A stretch of 64,000 nt of DNA from Nibricoccus sp. (GTDB taxonomy: Bacteria > Verrucomicrobiota > Verrucomicrobiia > Opitutales > Opitutaceae): positions 3,872,001 through 3,936,000 of the forward strand of contig JASGHG010000001.1 in assembly GCA_047602425.1 (NCBI GenBank). Direction: 5' to 3'. The notes under the pieces are model-generated. The model ran no database searches, was not told the origin of the DNA, and worked only from the letters and a program-made list of their open reading frames with translations. Within the stretch, counting starts at the first letter, position 1. Each line of letters starts with the position of its first letter. A program made the translations under genes and the position numbers. Below are positions 21,404 to 30,809 of the stretch, one piece after another.

Positions 21404-23281
21404 TCAGACAGCCACGGGCAACCCGAAGGGCGCACGAAGCTGTCGTTGTATATCGGTACGTTCCTTTATTAGAGAAATTACGTCGACGTTACTGTCCGCA
21501 CCGTGGGTGGCCAAAGCAAGTTCTATTTGACGTAAACGCGGCTGCAGCGTGCGGTCGCGCAGCTTGCGCAAACCTTCGTTTGCCACCTTTACCGGTTCGT
21601 CAATTTGCGGAATGTCAAAGAGTAACGACGAAACGAGGTTCTTTTCTTCGGCGGATTCGAGCAGACTGTCGAGATGATCGCGACCGGGCCAGGCGTCGTG
21701 TTCGAATTCGTTGAGAAAACGGTTTAAAAGTGCTCCCGACATGTGAGACGTATCGAGCCATTCGAGCGGCACGGTTTGGGCGATGGGTTTGCCGAGAGCC
21801 TCAAAATGCAGACAGAGCAGTAAGAGGTCGCGCTCGATGGTGTGGGTGGACGCCGTTTCAACTGCGGGCGCCAAGACCGGGATGATTTGCGTCGCAGGTG
21901 GCGGGGCGGGGCGGGCGGCCGCGTGGCGGTCGAGGCGGGCGCGGAATTTTTCGAAATCGCCTCGCACGGCGGGAAGCGGCAAGCGGAACACGCTGGCGAC
22001 TTCGCTGAGAAACTCGGCGCGGGCGACTTCCGATTCGGCGGCGGCGATGATTTCGAAAAGCGATTGGGCAGCGCGGGCTTTTTGTTCGCCCGAAGCCTGT
22101 TCGGGCGCAGGGAGAATGCTGCGGCAGGCAAACGTCATCGCGCTGAGAGCGCCGTGCTGCAGTTCCTTGTACGCAGCCAAACCGCGTTCAAGGAACAAAA
22201 GATCCGGATCGATCTTCGACGTGCCGGCGAGCGAGAGGAAACGGATCTCGAGGCCGGCCTTGAGCGCCATGGGCAGGAAGCGCAGCGCGGCTTTTTGCCC
22301 GGCGCTGTCACTATCGAAGAAACATTCGACCTGCGGATGATAACGGCGAAGGAGGACGAGTTGCGAATCGGTGATCGACGTGCCTTGCGGAGCGATGGCG
22401 GTTTTTAGTCCAACGTGCCAGCAGCGCATCGCATCGAGCTGGCCTTCGACCATGACGAACGGATGATTATCGCCAACGGCGGTGCGCGCGCGGTCGAGGT
22501 TGAAGAGCAAATTCCCTTTCGTGAAAATTGGCGTCTCGGGAGAATTGACGTATTTGGCTTCGCGAGCGGGATCGTCGGCCGGCGTGAGATCGGTCTGACG
22601 CGCGGTGAAAGCGACGACGCGGCTCTGGTGATCGCGAATCGGAATCATCAGGCGGCCTCGGAAACGCGGTTTGAGCGAGCCGAGCGCCAAGAGCGAACCT
22701 TCGCGCAGGAAAAAAAGGCCGCATTGGCGCAGAGCGTCCTCGGAAAATTTTTTCTTCAACAAAAGCGCGGCGAGGGTGTTGTCGGCAGGATCGGCCGCGC
22801 CGACTTTGTATTCTTCGCCGAGTTCGGCGGGAAAACGGCGTTTTTCCTTCCAATAGGTGCGCATGAAATCGCCCGTCGGACTGTTGGCTTTGAAAAGCTG
22901 GTGGAAATGCTCGGTCGCGAGTTCGTGGATTTCGAAAATTTCCTGACGCAGCGAACGCTCCTCGCGTGAAGGGCCGGCGCCTTCTTCGTATTCGATCGTG
23001 ACTCCGAAACGTTGGCCGAGCGCCTCGACGGCCTCGGTGAAGTTGAGTTGTTCCGTCTCGCGAACGAACGAAATGATATCGCCGGCCTTGCCGCAGCCGA
23101 AGCACTTGTAGAAACCCTTGTCAGGATCGACGTGGAAAGAAGGGCTTTTCTCTTGGTGAAACGGGCAAAGCCCTTTGAAACGCGCGCCAGCTTTTCGCAA
23201 CGTCGCCACCCGCGAAATGACGTCGACGATGTTCACGCGAAGTTTGAGATCGCGGACGCAGGTGGGCTTGATGGCGGGCAT
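21404..23281 (-). CDS. dnaG: DNA primase
   Basis: Zn finger [29 protein letters not shown]; upstream of rpoD. Confidence 0.96.
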   Translation of the reverse strand: MPAIKPTCVRDLKLRVNIVDVISRVATLRKAGARFKGLCPFHQEKSPSFHVDPDKGFYKCFGCGKAGDIISFVRETEQLNFTEAVEALGQRFGVTIEYEEGAGPSREERSLRQEIFEIHELATEHFHQLFKANSPTGDFMRTYWKEKRRFPAELGEEYKVGAADPADNTLAALLLKKKFSEDALRQCGLFFLREGSLLALGSLKPRFRGRLMIPIRDHQSRVVAFTARQTDLTPADDPAREAKYVNSPETPIFTKGNLLFNLDRARTAVGDNHPFVMVEGQLDAMRCWHVGLKTAIAPQGTSITDSQLVLLRRYHPQVECFFDSDSAGQKAALRFLPMALKAGLEIRFLSLAGTSKIDPDLLFLERGLAAYKELQHGALSAMTFACRSILPAPEQASGEQKARAAQSLFEIIAAAESEVARAEFLSEVASVFRLPLPAVRGDFEKFRARLDRHAAARPAPPPATQIIPVLAPAVETASTHTIERDLLLLCLHFEALGKPIAQTVPLEWLDTSHMSGALLNRFLNEFEHDAWPGRDHLDSLLESAEEKNLVSSLLFDIPQIDEPVKVANEGLRKLRDRTLQPRLRQIELALATHGADSNVDVISLIKERTDIQRQLRAPFGLPVAV

Positions 23282-23411
23282 GAGCGTGGTTTGGCGCACG
23301 GGTATGGACAGGCCCGGCGAAAAGAAGTTTGCACTTTTAACCGCACGCCGGGTCTGTCAAGAACTGCCCTTCGTAGGAAACAATCTGTTGTTTTCGGCGA
23401 CTCACTTTAAC

Positions 23412-24488
23412 ATGTCTTTTTTCAAAACCTCCCGCTTCGCCTTCCTAAGCGCGATCTGCCTGCTGTTGCCCTTCGTCGCTGCAGCCGCTCCGACCGCCAC
23501 TACTACTTCGGCTCCCGCCGCTCCAACCCAGCCCGCGGCGCCTCAACCGATTTGGGAGGCATCGCTCGCGCATTTCGACGATGGCGCATATGCCGCTCAA
23601 GTGGAGTTGCTGCTGACCAAATTTGAAAACTCCAGCGGCCGAAAAATCGCTCCGGGCGCGAAGAAAAAAGTAGGGTTGAAAATCTATTCTGACTCTGGCG
23701 CCGGGCTCGCCACGCCCGTGCCGCTCGTGAAGGCCGTAATTTCCGCCCTCGAACGCCGTGGTTTCAAGAAAGAGGATATCTTCCTCGTCGGTCTCAATCA
23801 GTTGCGCCTTCGCATGACGGGTTATTTGCCCTCGCTGGTGACGGGAGAGACGCCTTTCAAAGGTCACAAGGTCTACGTGCTCGAATCGGGCAAGTACTAC
23901 GATCCGGTGTGGTTCTACGACAGTCCGTTGCCCGAACGTTTCGACCCGATTTTTGCGCAGAAGAGCGTCGAAGGCGTCGATGCCAACACCACCGTCGACC
24001 AGGACCGCAAGAGTTTCCTCGCCACGCCGCTTTTCCTCGACGCGGATTTTTGGATAAACCTGCCGGTTTACACCGACCATCCGACCCTCGGAATCAACGG
24101 CGCGCTCGTCAACGCCACGCTCTGGAACGCCAGCAATACCGCGCGTTTCTTCCGCAGCGCGTCCAACGCCCCTGCCGCCGTCGCGGAAATGAGCGCGATT
24201 CCCGAACTGCGCCAAACATGGATCTTCACCATCGCGAGCCTCGAGCGTTACCAATACATCGGCGGTCCCTACTTCAACTCGTTGTACACGCTTTCTGAGC
24301 CGAAAATCTGGCTCAGCACCGATCCTGTCGCTCTCGACTCGATCATGCTCGAGCGGATCAACCAAGCTCGCAAAGAAAACGGTTTCCGCGATGTCTCGGA
24401 AGAAATCCGCACGATCGACTTTGCCGAACAGCTCGGCGTCGGCTCACAGAAGAAGATCTCCTCACGCATCATCCGCGTGGGTGAGTGA
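23412..24488 (+). CDS. Secreted DUF362-like protein
   Basis: Signal peptide (MSFFKTSRFAFLSAICLLLP), KVGLK, DFWINLPV, GINGALVN, STDPVALD resemble DUF362. Family call is tentative. Confidence 0.6.
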   Translation: MSFFKTSRFAFLSAICLLLPFVAAAAPTATTTSAPAAPTQPAAPQPIWEASLAHFDDGAYAAQVELLLTKFENSSGRKIAPGAKKKVGLKIYSDSGAGLATPVPLVKAVISALERRGFKKEDIFLVGLNQLRLRMTGYLPSLVTGETPFKGHKVYVLESGKYYDPVWFYDSPLPERFDPIFAQKSVEGVDANTTVDQDRKSFLATPLFLDADFWINLPVYTDHPTLGINGALVNATLWNASNTARFFRSASNAPAAVAEMSAIPELRQTWIFTIASLERYQYIGGPYFNSLYTLSEPKIWLSTDPVALDSIMLERINQARKENGFRDVSEEIRTIDFAEQLGVGSQKKISSRIIRVGE

Positions 24489-24560
24489 AATTTTTCTAGC
24501 CGCCCAAAATGTAAAAATGCCCTTGTCTCCGCCAGGGAGTTGCGTCCTTTTCTAATCGTG

Positions 24561-24935
24561 ATGTCCAACGCTCCTTATTTGCCGATTTTGATCCAGGCTT
24601 TGCTTGCCGCGGTCATCGCCGGCACGGTCATTGGTGCGAGCCATTTCTTCGGCCAGCGCTCCAGGAAAAACGCGATCAAGGATTCCGCTTATGAATGCGG
24701 CATCCAATCGGAAGGCGCTCCGCACACGCGCTTCTCGGTGAAGTTTTATCTCACCGCGATGCTCTTCATCATTTTCGACATTGAAGTCGTCTTCCTGATT
24801 CCCTGGACCTTTGTCTACCGGGAATTTCTCTCGCAACACATCGCGATTCTCGGCCCGATCCTCTTTTTCCTCGGCGTGCTCGTGCTCGGGCTCGTCTACG
24901 AAGTGAAAAAAGGCGCGCTCGATTGGGAAAAATAA
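24561..24935 (+). CDS. nuoA: NADH-quinone oxidoreductase subunit A
   Basis: YECG, KFYLTAMLFIIFDIEVVFLIPW, YEVKKGALDW. Confidence 0.95.
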   Translation: MSNAPYLPILIQALLAAVIAGTVIGASHFFGQRSRKNAIKDSAYECGIQSEGAPHTRFSVKFYLTAMLFIIFDIEVVFLIPWTFVYREFLSQHIAILGPILFFLGVLVLGLVYEVKKGALDWEK

Positions 24936-24956
24936 TCCGCCCGAAGACCCACCATC

Positions 24957-26309
24957 ATGCGGCTCGAAAAAATCATCGCTCGCAGTCGCATCATTGACCT
25001 GCGCAGCGCTGATATGAAGGGCGCATTGCAGGAGCTGCTCGAAGTTTCCGTCAACCGTTTCCCAGATCTAAAACAGGACGTGCTGCTGAAGGGCCTGCTT
25101 CAGCGCGAGAGCACGATGACGACTTATCTCGGCCTCGGCGTCGCGTTGCCGCACGTGCGGGCCAAGATCGGCCGTCGCTACGTGCTCGCCATTGGTCGCA
25201 GCCGCTCCGGCATCCGCCACGACGGCGCGAAGGACGAACCGATTCACCTGATCATGATGCTCCTCGCCGACGAAAAGGCGCGGGATTACCTACAGGTGCT
25301 TGCCTCTGTCGCCCGGTTAGTGAAGGAAGCCGACCTCGTCAAAAGTTTCATCGAGGCCCCGACCGTCGACGATTTATACGACCGGATTTTCGCGGGCTTT
25401 GGCGGCATTCTCTCGCGTCCGGTGCAGGCCCAGCAAAACCGGATCAATCGCATGATGATTCGCGAAGCCCAGCGTGTGGCCGAAGGCGCCTCCTGCGGGG
25501 CAATCATGGTTTTTGGCGATACCTTCGTGGGCGGGCTCGATTTCGACAATTGGTTTTCGAAGAACAAAGCGATCCTCGTCAGTCGCAACCTCATCGAGAC
25601 GAGCGACGAGAAAAACGACTTCGCCGAGCGCATTCAGGTGCGGTCTTTTTCCAATCAACGCCTGGCTCAGCTGCGCAGCGCGATGCTGGTGGCGCTGACG
25701 CGCGGCATCATCACCTTCAACGACCGCGTCTGCTGTCTCGGCGGTGTGGTCGGTAGCAACCAGTTCGACACACTGGTCGTGGTCGACGTGGAACGCGAGT
25801 TCCAGCGCTTGATGACGGGCCGCAACGACCTGCTGCCTGAGGATGTGAAACCCGAGGTCCTGGAGCGTGTGATCGCCGTGGCCACTGAGCTTGCAGTCGA
25901 AGGCCGCGAGGGCCGGCCGGTGGGTTGCCTCTTTGTCGTGGGCGACACCGCGCTGGTCGAAAAACTGACCAAACCGCTCGTGTTGAATCCGTTCTTTGGA
26001 TACAAGGAAGAGGATCGCAACATTCTCAATCCCTTCATGGACGAAACGGTGAAGGAGTTTTCGTCGATTGACGGAGCATTCGTGATTCGTGGCGATGGCG
26101 TGGTGTTGTCCGCCGGCAGCCTCATTCAGGCGACGGACAGCGAGCATACCCTGCCCAGCGGCTTGGGTAGCCGGCACGCGGCCGCGGCGGCGATCTCGGT
26201 TACGGCCGATTGCATCGCGTTGGTCGTTTCTTCGAGCACAGGACAGGTCACACTGTTCCGGCGCGGGGTCATGTTGCCGTTGACTGACAAGAAGATGGCA
26301 TCTTCCTAA
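24957..26309 (+). CDS. PTS EIIA-2 domain fused to a diadenylate cyclase (DisA_N/DAC) domain
   Basis: N-terminus RE..MTTYLGLGVALPH (EIIA phospho-His motif). C-terminus EGREGRPVG, SIDGAF, GLGSRHAAA, VVSSSTG (DAC motifs). Confidence 0.87.
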   Translation: MRLEKIIARSRIIDLRSADMKGALQELLEVSVNRFPDLKQDVLLKGLLQRESTMTTYLGLGVALPHVRAKIGRRYVLAIGRSRSGIRHDGAKDEPIHLIMMLLADEKARDYLQVLASVARLVKEADLVKSFIEAPTVDDLYDRIFAGFGGILSRPVQAQQNRINRMMIREAQRVAEGASCGAIMVFGDTFVGGLDFDNWFSKNKAILVSRNLIETSDEKNDFAERIQVRSFSNQRLAQLRSAMLVALTRGIITFNDRVCCLGGVVGSNQFDTLVVVDVEREFQRLMTGRNDLLPEDVKPEVLERVIAVATELAVEGREGRPVGCLFVVGDTALVEKLTKPLVLNPFFGYKEEDRNILNPFMDETVKEFSSIDGAFVIRGDGVVLSAGSLIQATDSEHTLPSGLGSRHAAAAAISVTADCIALVVSSSTGQVTLFRRGVMLPLTDKKMASS

Positions 26310-26371
26310 AATTTAGGTTGCAGAGGGCAGGGCGGGTCCGTTTCTTCTGACCCCTTAAACAATTTAAACCT

Positions 26372-26536
26372 ATGCAAGAAGTCGTCACCCTGGAATGCAC
26401 CGAAGCCAAAAAGGAAGGTAAGCCCGTTTCCCGCTACCTCACCAAGCGCAACAAGAAGACCGTCACCGAGCGCATCGAGAAGAAGAAGTACAATCCGTAC
26501 CTCAAGCGCCACACGGTCCACAAAGAGATCAAATAA
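26372..26536 (+). CDS. rpmG: 50S ribosomal protein L33 (not in ORF track)
   Basis: Hand translation: [54 protein letters not shown] (54 aa). Confidence 0.95.
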   Translation: MQEVVTLECTEAKKEGKPVSRYLTKRNKKTVTERIEKKKYNPYLKRHTVHKEIK

Positions 26537-26576
26537 GCTTCGGTCGCGGCTTCGTGTGAAGCCACCGCCAATTTTC

Positions 26577-26608
26577 AAAGCCTGCCGTTAAAACGGCGGG
26601 CTTTTTTT
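26577..26608 (+). terminator. Intrinsic terminator after rpmG
   Basis: AAAGCCTGCCGTT-aa-AACGGCGGGCTTT followed by more T. Confidence 0.8.
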
Positions 26609-26643
26609 GTTGGCCCAAATCGCGGCGGCGGCGGTGAGATCGG

Positions 26644-26719
26644 AGGTGGAGCGCATTGACCTCAATGCGTTGGTTCGGGCAACGTTGGCAGAATGCGTCA
26701 AGGTCAACGCGCTTCACCT
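26644..26719. repeat. REP-like inverted doublet
   Basis: AGGTGGAGCGCATTGACCTCAATGCGTT (26644-26671) and its degenerate reverse complement AATGCGTCAAGGTCAACGCGCTTCACCT (26692-26719). Confidence 0.6.
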
Positions 26720-26738
26720 GTCGTTGGGGTACGTGCAC

Positions 26739-26768
26739 AAAAAAGCCCCGGATCGCTCTGGGGCTTTT
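26739..26768 (-). terminator. Intrinsic terminator after pal (possibly bidirectional)
   Basis: AAAAAAGCCCCGGA-tcgc-TCTGGGGCTTTT. Confidence 0.75.
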
Positions 26769-26791
26769 GTATTGAAAATTTGGAGACTGTA

Positions 26792-27337
26792 TTACGGCTT
26801 CACGACTACGAGCTGGCCGCGACGGTCCTTGGCCATTTCGTCTGACGTACCCTTTTCTTTGGCCTCAAGACTGCCTTTGGAAATGGTCTCAACTTTGTCC
26901 TGAGCGACGCCGATCTTGATCAGGTAGGCTTTGCAGGCATTCGCGCGACGATCGCCGAGGCCGAGATTATATTCGGCAGTGCCGCGCCAATCGGCATGAC
27001 CTTCGATCAAGAGGCGTTGGTCGGGATTCTTTTCGAGGTATTCCTTCGCGGCCTGCAGTTTGGCGCGTTCGCTTTCCTTGATGCTCGACTTGTCGAAATC
27101 GAAGTAAACGGGCTGCAGCAAGTCGTAGTTTTTGTTGCCATTCCAACCCGCTTCATCACGTCCTTTGAGCGGAGAATTCGGATCGGTTGTGAAATTCTCA
27201 TTGCCATTGTTGGGCAGGCCTGAGCCTCCGCCAACAACGGTTTGGTCGACGGTCGGGCGTTGGGGCTTCTTAAAGCAGCCGGTGAAAACCACCAGCGTGC
27301 AGGCAAGGACGAGGCAAAGTTTCTTGGAGAGGTTCAT
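26792..27337 (-). CDS. pal: Peptidoglycan-associated lipoprotein (OmpA-like domain)
   Basis: Lipobox FTGC; VYFDFDKS, IEGHADWRGTAEYNLGLGDRRA. Confidence 0.88.
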   Translation of the reverse strand: MNLSKKLCLVLACTLVVFTGCFKKPQRPTVDQTVVGGGSGLPNNGNENFTTDPNSPLKGRDEAGWNGNKNYDLLQPVYFDFDKSSIKESERAKLQAAKEYLEKNPDQRLLIEGHADWRGTAEYNLGLGDRRANACKAYLIKIGVAQDKVETISKGSLEAKEKGTSDEMAKDRRGQLVVVKP

Positions 27338-27406
27338 GAGAAATGTGTCAGTAGGTTGACCTTATTGAGCAATGGGTTTGGGTCGGCAAGTCATTTATCC
27401 AGTCAA

Positions 27407-28291
27407 ATGGACGCCAAAAGCTCCGCAACGTTCCCAATCTGCTTTCTCTTCGACAATGGTTCGCTGAGGCCGACGGCTACATTGAGCTTGCGCAAGACAG
27501 CGGCGGAATTGGCGACGGTGCTCGGAACCGAGGTTCGCCCGGTGTCGTTGTTGCATTCCAGCGCGATCGATCCCGCGAGGTTGGGGGGGCAGCCCGCTTT
27601 GCTGCTGGAGCCGGCCTTGAATGCTTTTTTGGAAACGAACCCATCGGCAGAGGCAGTGATTTTGCCTTTGTTTTTTGGACCGAGCGGTGCGTTGACCGAT
27701 TATGTGCCGGAGCGACTGGCGACACTGGCGAAAAAATTTCCCGAGGCGCGATTGCGTCTGGCGCGTTGGCTGGTCGATGTGAGCGAGCCGGATACGCGCA
27801 TCGCCGAGGCGCTGGAATTCGCGGTACGACAGGTTGTGGCGGAGAAGCGACTCTGGAAGCCGCAAGTCGTATTGGTCGATCACGGCAGCCCGCAGCGCGG
27901 TGTAACCGAGGTCCGTGATTTCCTCGGGCGACAACTCGCGAATTTGCTTGGCGATGCTGTCGAGGCCGTTTCGGTAGCCTCAATGGAAAAACGTCCCAGG
28001 CCGGAATACGCCTTTAACGATCCTTTGCTTGAGGCCCGTCTGCGCACACCGCCGTTTGATCGCGGCGACGTGATTGTGGCGTTGCAATTTCTTTCACCCG
28101 GTCGTCATGCCGGGCCGGACGGCGACGTGTCTATGATTTGTGCTGAGGCGCGCAAAGGCCAGCCGCTCTTGCGCACGCATTTGACCGCGACCATCGCGAA
28201 CGATCCCCGCGTGATTGCCGTCGCTGCGGTCCGCTACCGCGAAGTGGTCGATGCCACTTTGACCTGCTCGCGCACGGCCCCGTCCAGCTAA
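27407..28291 (+). CDS. CbiX/SirB-like sirohydrochlorin chelatase (two-domain)
   Basis: DNGS..SLLHS..PLFFGPSG and DHGSP..FLSPGRHAG; start ATG 27407. Confidence 0.78.
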   Translation: MDAKSSATFPICFLFDNGSLRPTATLSLRKTAAELATVLGTEVRPVSLLHSSAIDPARLGGQPALLLEPALNAFLETNPSAEAVILPLFFGPSGALTDYVPERLATLAKKFPEARLRLARWLVDVSEPDTRIAEALEFAVRQVVAEKRLWKPQVVLVDHGSPQRGVTEVRDFLGRQLANLLGDAVEAVSVASMEKRPRPEYAFNDPLLEARLRTPPFDRGDVIVALQFLSPGRHAGPDGDVSMICAEARKGQPLLRTHLTATIANDPRVIAVAAVRYREVVDATLTCSRTAPSS

Positions 28292-28394
28292 CGGGACGCA
28301 GAGGGCTAAGAGGGCGAACTTGACGCCGACTAACGTTTTTTCCGGACAAATCAGTCCGCACATTCCCGTAGTTCTATTTTAGATGGCGAAAACA

Positions 28395-28421
28395 GTTATG
28401 TCATCCATTAGATGACATAAC
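28395..28421. repeat. Intergenic palindrome family, copy 1
   Basis: GTTATGTCATC-CATTA-GATGACATAAC with perfect 11-bp arms. Confidence 0.8.
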
Positions 28422-28473
28422 ATAATCCCAAGACCAAAAACCACAACGACAGAAAATTGAGGGGCTCTGAATA

Positions 28474-28496
28474 TTTGTAATCTATTAGATGACAAA
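28474..28496. repeat. Intergenic palindrome family, copy 2
   Basis: TTTGTAATC-TATTA-GATGACAAA. Confidence 0.75.
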
Positions 28497-28531
28497 CATG
28501 CTGGGTGATCGAGTACGGGAAATTTGGCGTT

Positions 28532-29179
28532 TTAGGCCATTTTCTTTGGTTCGATCAGGCCGACCTCGAGGGCGTAGCGGGTGAGGCTGGCGACGTCGTG
28601 GAGGTTAAGCTTGCGCATCAGATTGGTGCGGTGGTTGTCCACCGTCTTGACGCTGATGCCGAGCTTGGAGGCGATTTCCTTGGTGCTGTGGCTCTCGGCC
28701 ACGAGTTGGAGGATTTCGCGTTCGCGGTCGGTGAGAAAATCGGCGGTGTTGCTGGCTTGGGGATTGGCGACGACGTTGCGCAGCAGAGCGGCGACGGCCG
28801 GGCCAAAGTAGGTGCCACCGTTCGAGACGGTTTCGAGGCCTTTCTTAAACTCGATAAGGCCGGCGGTTTTTTCGACAAAACCATGGGCGCCGGCTTCCAG
28901 CATTTCGCGGACGAGCACGGGATTTTCGTGTCCTGAAAAAACCAATACACGCAGATTTTTAAATTGTTTGCCGAGGCGGCGGAGCAAATCGACGCCATTG
29001 AGCCCGGGGAGTTTCGCATCGAGCACGATCACGTCGGGTTTGGTCTCAAGACAAAGGTTGTAGGCGCTTTGGCCATCGCCACTCTCGCCCACGAGAAGGT
29101 AGTTGGGGTCGGCGCGGAGGATTTCCACCAACATTTCGCGGATTGCGGTTTGATCTTCGATGATGACGAGTCGTTTCAT
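28532..29179 (-). CDS. NarL/LuxR-family response regulator
   Basis: REC domain (IIED, VLDAKLPGLNG, GFVEK) plus LuxR HTH (LTDREREIL..STKEIASKLGISVKTVDNHR). Confidence 0.93.
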   Translation of the reverse strand: MKRLVIIEDQTAIREMLVEILRADPNYLLVGESGDGQSAYNLCLETKPDVIVLDAKLPGLNGVDLLRRLGKQFKNLRVLVFSGHENPVLVREMLEAGAHGFVEKTAGLIEFKKGLETVSNGGTYFGPAVAALLRNVVANPQASNTADFLTDREREILQLVAESHSTKEIASKLGISVKTVDNHRTNLMRKLNLHDVASLTRYALEVGLIEPKKMA

Positions 29180-29344
29180 AGGGGAGGTTGCGTGCGGAGA
29201 CCGGTTCCCAAAGACTTCGGCGGAAACACCCCAGAATTTTAGTGAAAACTCATTCAACTGCGGGACTTAAAAGAAATTTACAAAAAATTAGCACCCCGAG
29301 CTTCATCTCGCCTTCTTTTGTTCCGTAGCTTAAGCGTGAAGTCC

Positions 29345-29863
29345 ATGAATGCGCTCCTTCGGCTGCGATTTTGGGTGCTGCCTAGCCTTGGCGTGGCCGT
29401 GGCTTGGGCGCGTGCGGCGGAACCAGTCACACCGGTCTCAGAGCGATCCGAAACGAAGCCCGTTGCGGCGTCAACGCCCCAGCCAGTCACGACAAAAGCC
29501 GACGCCAAGACGGTGCCGTCGACCGATGTGAGCCGCGTGCAGGCGTGGAAAGACGCCGAGAAGGTCTCCCAGATGGGCGAGGGGCGGGTCTCAGCGGTTG
29601 GTTCGGGCGGGTCGATGCAACCGGTTTTTGGCGATAATACGATGATCGTGATCAGCAAAATCGCCTACGAAGACCTGAAGCCGGGTATGACCGTGGTCTA
29701 TTTGAATAAAAAAGGACACCAAGTCGTGCATCAGATTTTGGAAAAGAAGGCCAAAGGCTGGCGCGTGCAGGGACTGAACAACGAAATTGCGGATTTGGAA
29801 CTGGTAACGCGCGACAATCTGCTAGGTGTTGTCTATGCGTCATTTGCTGCGGAAGAACCATGA
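29345..29863 (+). CDS. S24/S26-family peptidase-like protein (Ser-His signal-peptidase type)
   Basis: Signal/TM N-terminus; GSMQP, LKPGMTVVY, VVHQI, QGLNN..D resemble SipW/archaeal-type signal peptidase boxes. Confidence 0.68.
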   Translation: MNALLRLRFWVLPSLGVAVAWARAAEPVTPVSERSETKPVAASTPQPVTTKADAKTVPSTDVSRVQAWKDAEKVSQMGEGRVSAVGSGGSMQPVFGDNTMIVISKIAYEDLKPGMTVVYLNKKGHQVVHQILEKKAKGWRVQGLNNEIADLELVTRDNLLGVVYASFAAEEP

Positions 29864-29902
29864 TCTTTGTTCTCTCCCGGAAGGGCTCCCGCAAGTTTTC
29901 GG

Positions 29903-29977
29903 TGGTGGGTTGGCCGGGATTCGAACCCGGAACCAACGACTTAAAAGGACGCTGCTCTACCGTTGAGCTACCAACCC
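29903..29977 (-). tRNA. tRNA-Lys (anticodon TTT)
   Basis: Minus strand GGGTTGGTAGCTCAACGGTAGAGCAGCGTC-CTTTTAA-GTCGTTGGTTCCGGGTTCGAATCCCGGCCAACCCACCA: cloverleaf, TTCGAAT T-loop, encoded CCA. Confidence 0.95.
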
Positions 29978-30206
29978 AGCGACCATCCGAAAGGGCGACG
30001 TGAATACGTTTCAGCCGCCACGTTTTGCAAGGATTTTTTAACAGAATTGCAGGAAAGAGTGCACAGAATTATCTGGCCGAGGTCAGACCCCTGCGTTGAG
30101 CATCGGCCCCAATCCTCAGGATCCGATCGCGTAATTATATTTAACCGTCCAACTTCAAAAAGTGGGAACAATCGAAAAGTATACCCATCACACTTCCGTT
30201 GATCGC

Positions 30207-30809
30207 ATGTCAACGAAAGCTCAAGAAGTGGCCTTTGATCGTGTGCTGGTCGACCGTTTTAAGAACGGCGACCAAGCGGCATTTAACGAAATGGTTTCGC
30301 GCTACTGGGACCGCATTTATGCAATGGTTCATCAGCTTTTGCGCAACCAGCAGGACGCCGAGGAGGTTACACAAGACGCATTCATCCGGGCGCATCGCGG
30401 CCTCGTGAATTTTCGCGGCGACGCGGCTTTTTCCACCTGGCTTTATCAGATCGCGACGAATCTCGCGCGCAACCGGTATTGGTACTGGTGGCGGCGCAAG
30501 CGCGACAAAACCGTTTCCTTTGACCAACCAGTAAGCGACGACAATGACACGCCCCTTAGCGATGTTTTTACGGCGGAGCTTGAAACTCCCGAAGATGCAA
30601 CCGTGACGCAGGAACTCGTGGACCGCGTTGCGGTCGGGATGGAAAAGCTCGGTACGAAACACCGCGAAATTTTAATCCTCCGAAATGTCAAGAACCTGTC
30701 TTACGAAGAAATTGCCACCATTCTCAACATCTCGGTCGGAACCGTCAAAAGCCGCATTGCGCGGGCCCGCGAGGCGCTGAGAGCCAAACTAGGAGCTGAA
30801 TTCAAATGA
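30207..30809 (+). CDS. ECF RNA polymerase sigma factor (RpoE/SigW-like)
   Basis: DAEEVTQDAF, FSTWLYQIATN, LSYEEIA..ISVGTVKSRIARAR. Confidence 0.93.
   Translation: MSTKAQEVAFDRVLVDRFKNGDQAAFNEMVSRYWDRIYAMVHQLLRNQQDAEEVTQDAFIRAHRGLVNFRGDAAFSTWLYQIATNLARNRYWYWWRRKRDKTVSFDQPVSDDNDTPLSDVFTAELETPEDATVTQELVDRVAVGMEKLGTKHREILILRNVKNLSYEEIATILNISVGTVKSRIARAREALRAKLGAEFK

Noticed and set aside
28395..28496. Palindromic repeats as a possible CRISPR array
   Set aside because: At most two copies per locus, inexact repeats, long spacing and no cas genes.
30165..30189. Autoregulatory ECF promoter (GGAAC-N16-CATC) before the sigma gene
   Set aside because: The -10 element is a weak match; plausible but not supportable from sequence alone.
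29863..30207. tRNA-Lys as an integration site for an island
   Set aside because: No integrase and no duplicated tRNA 3' end were seen in the window.
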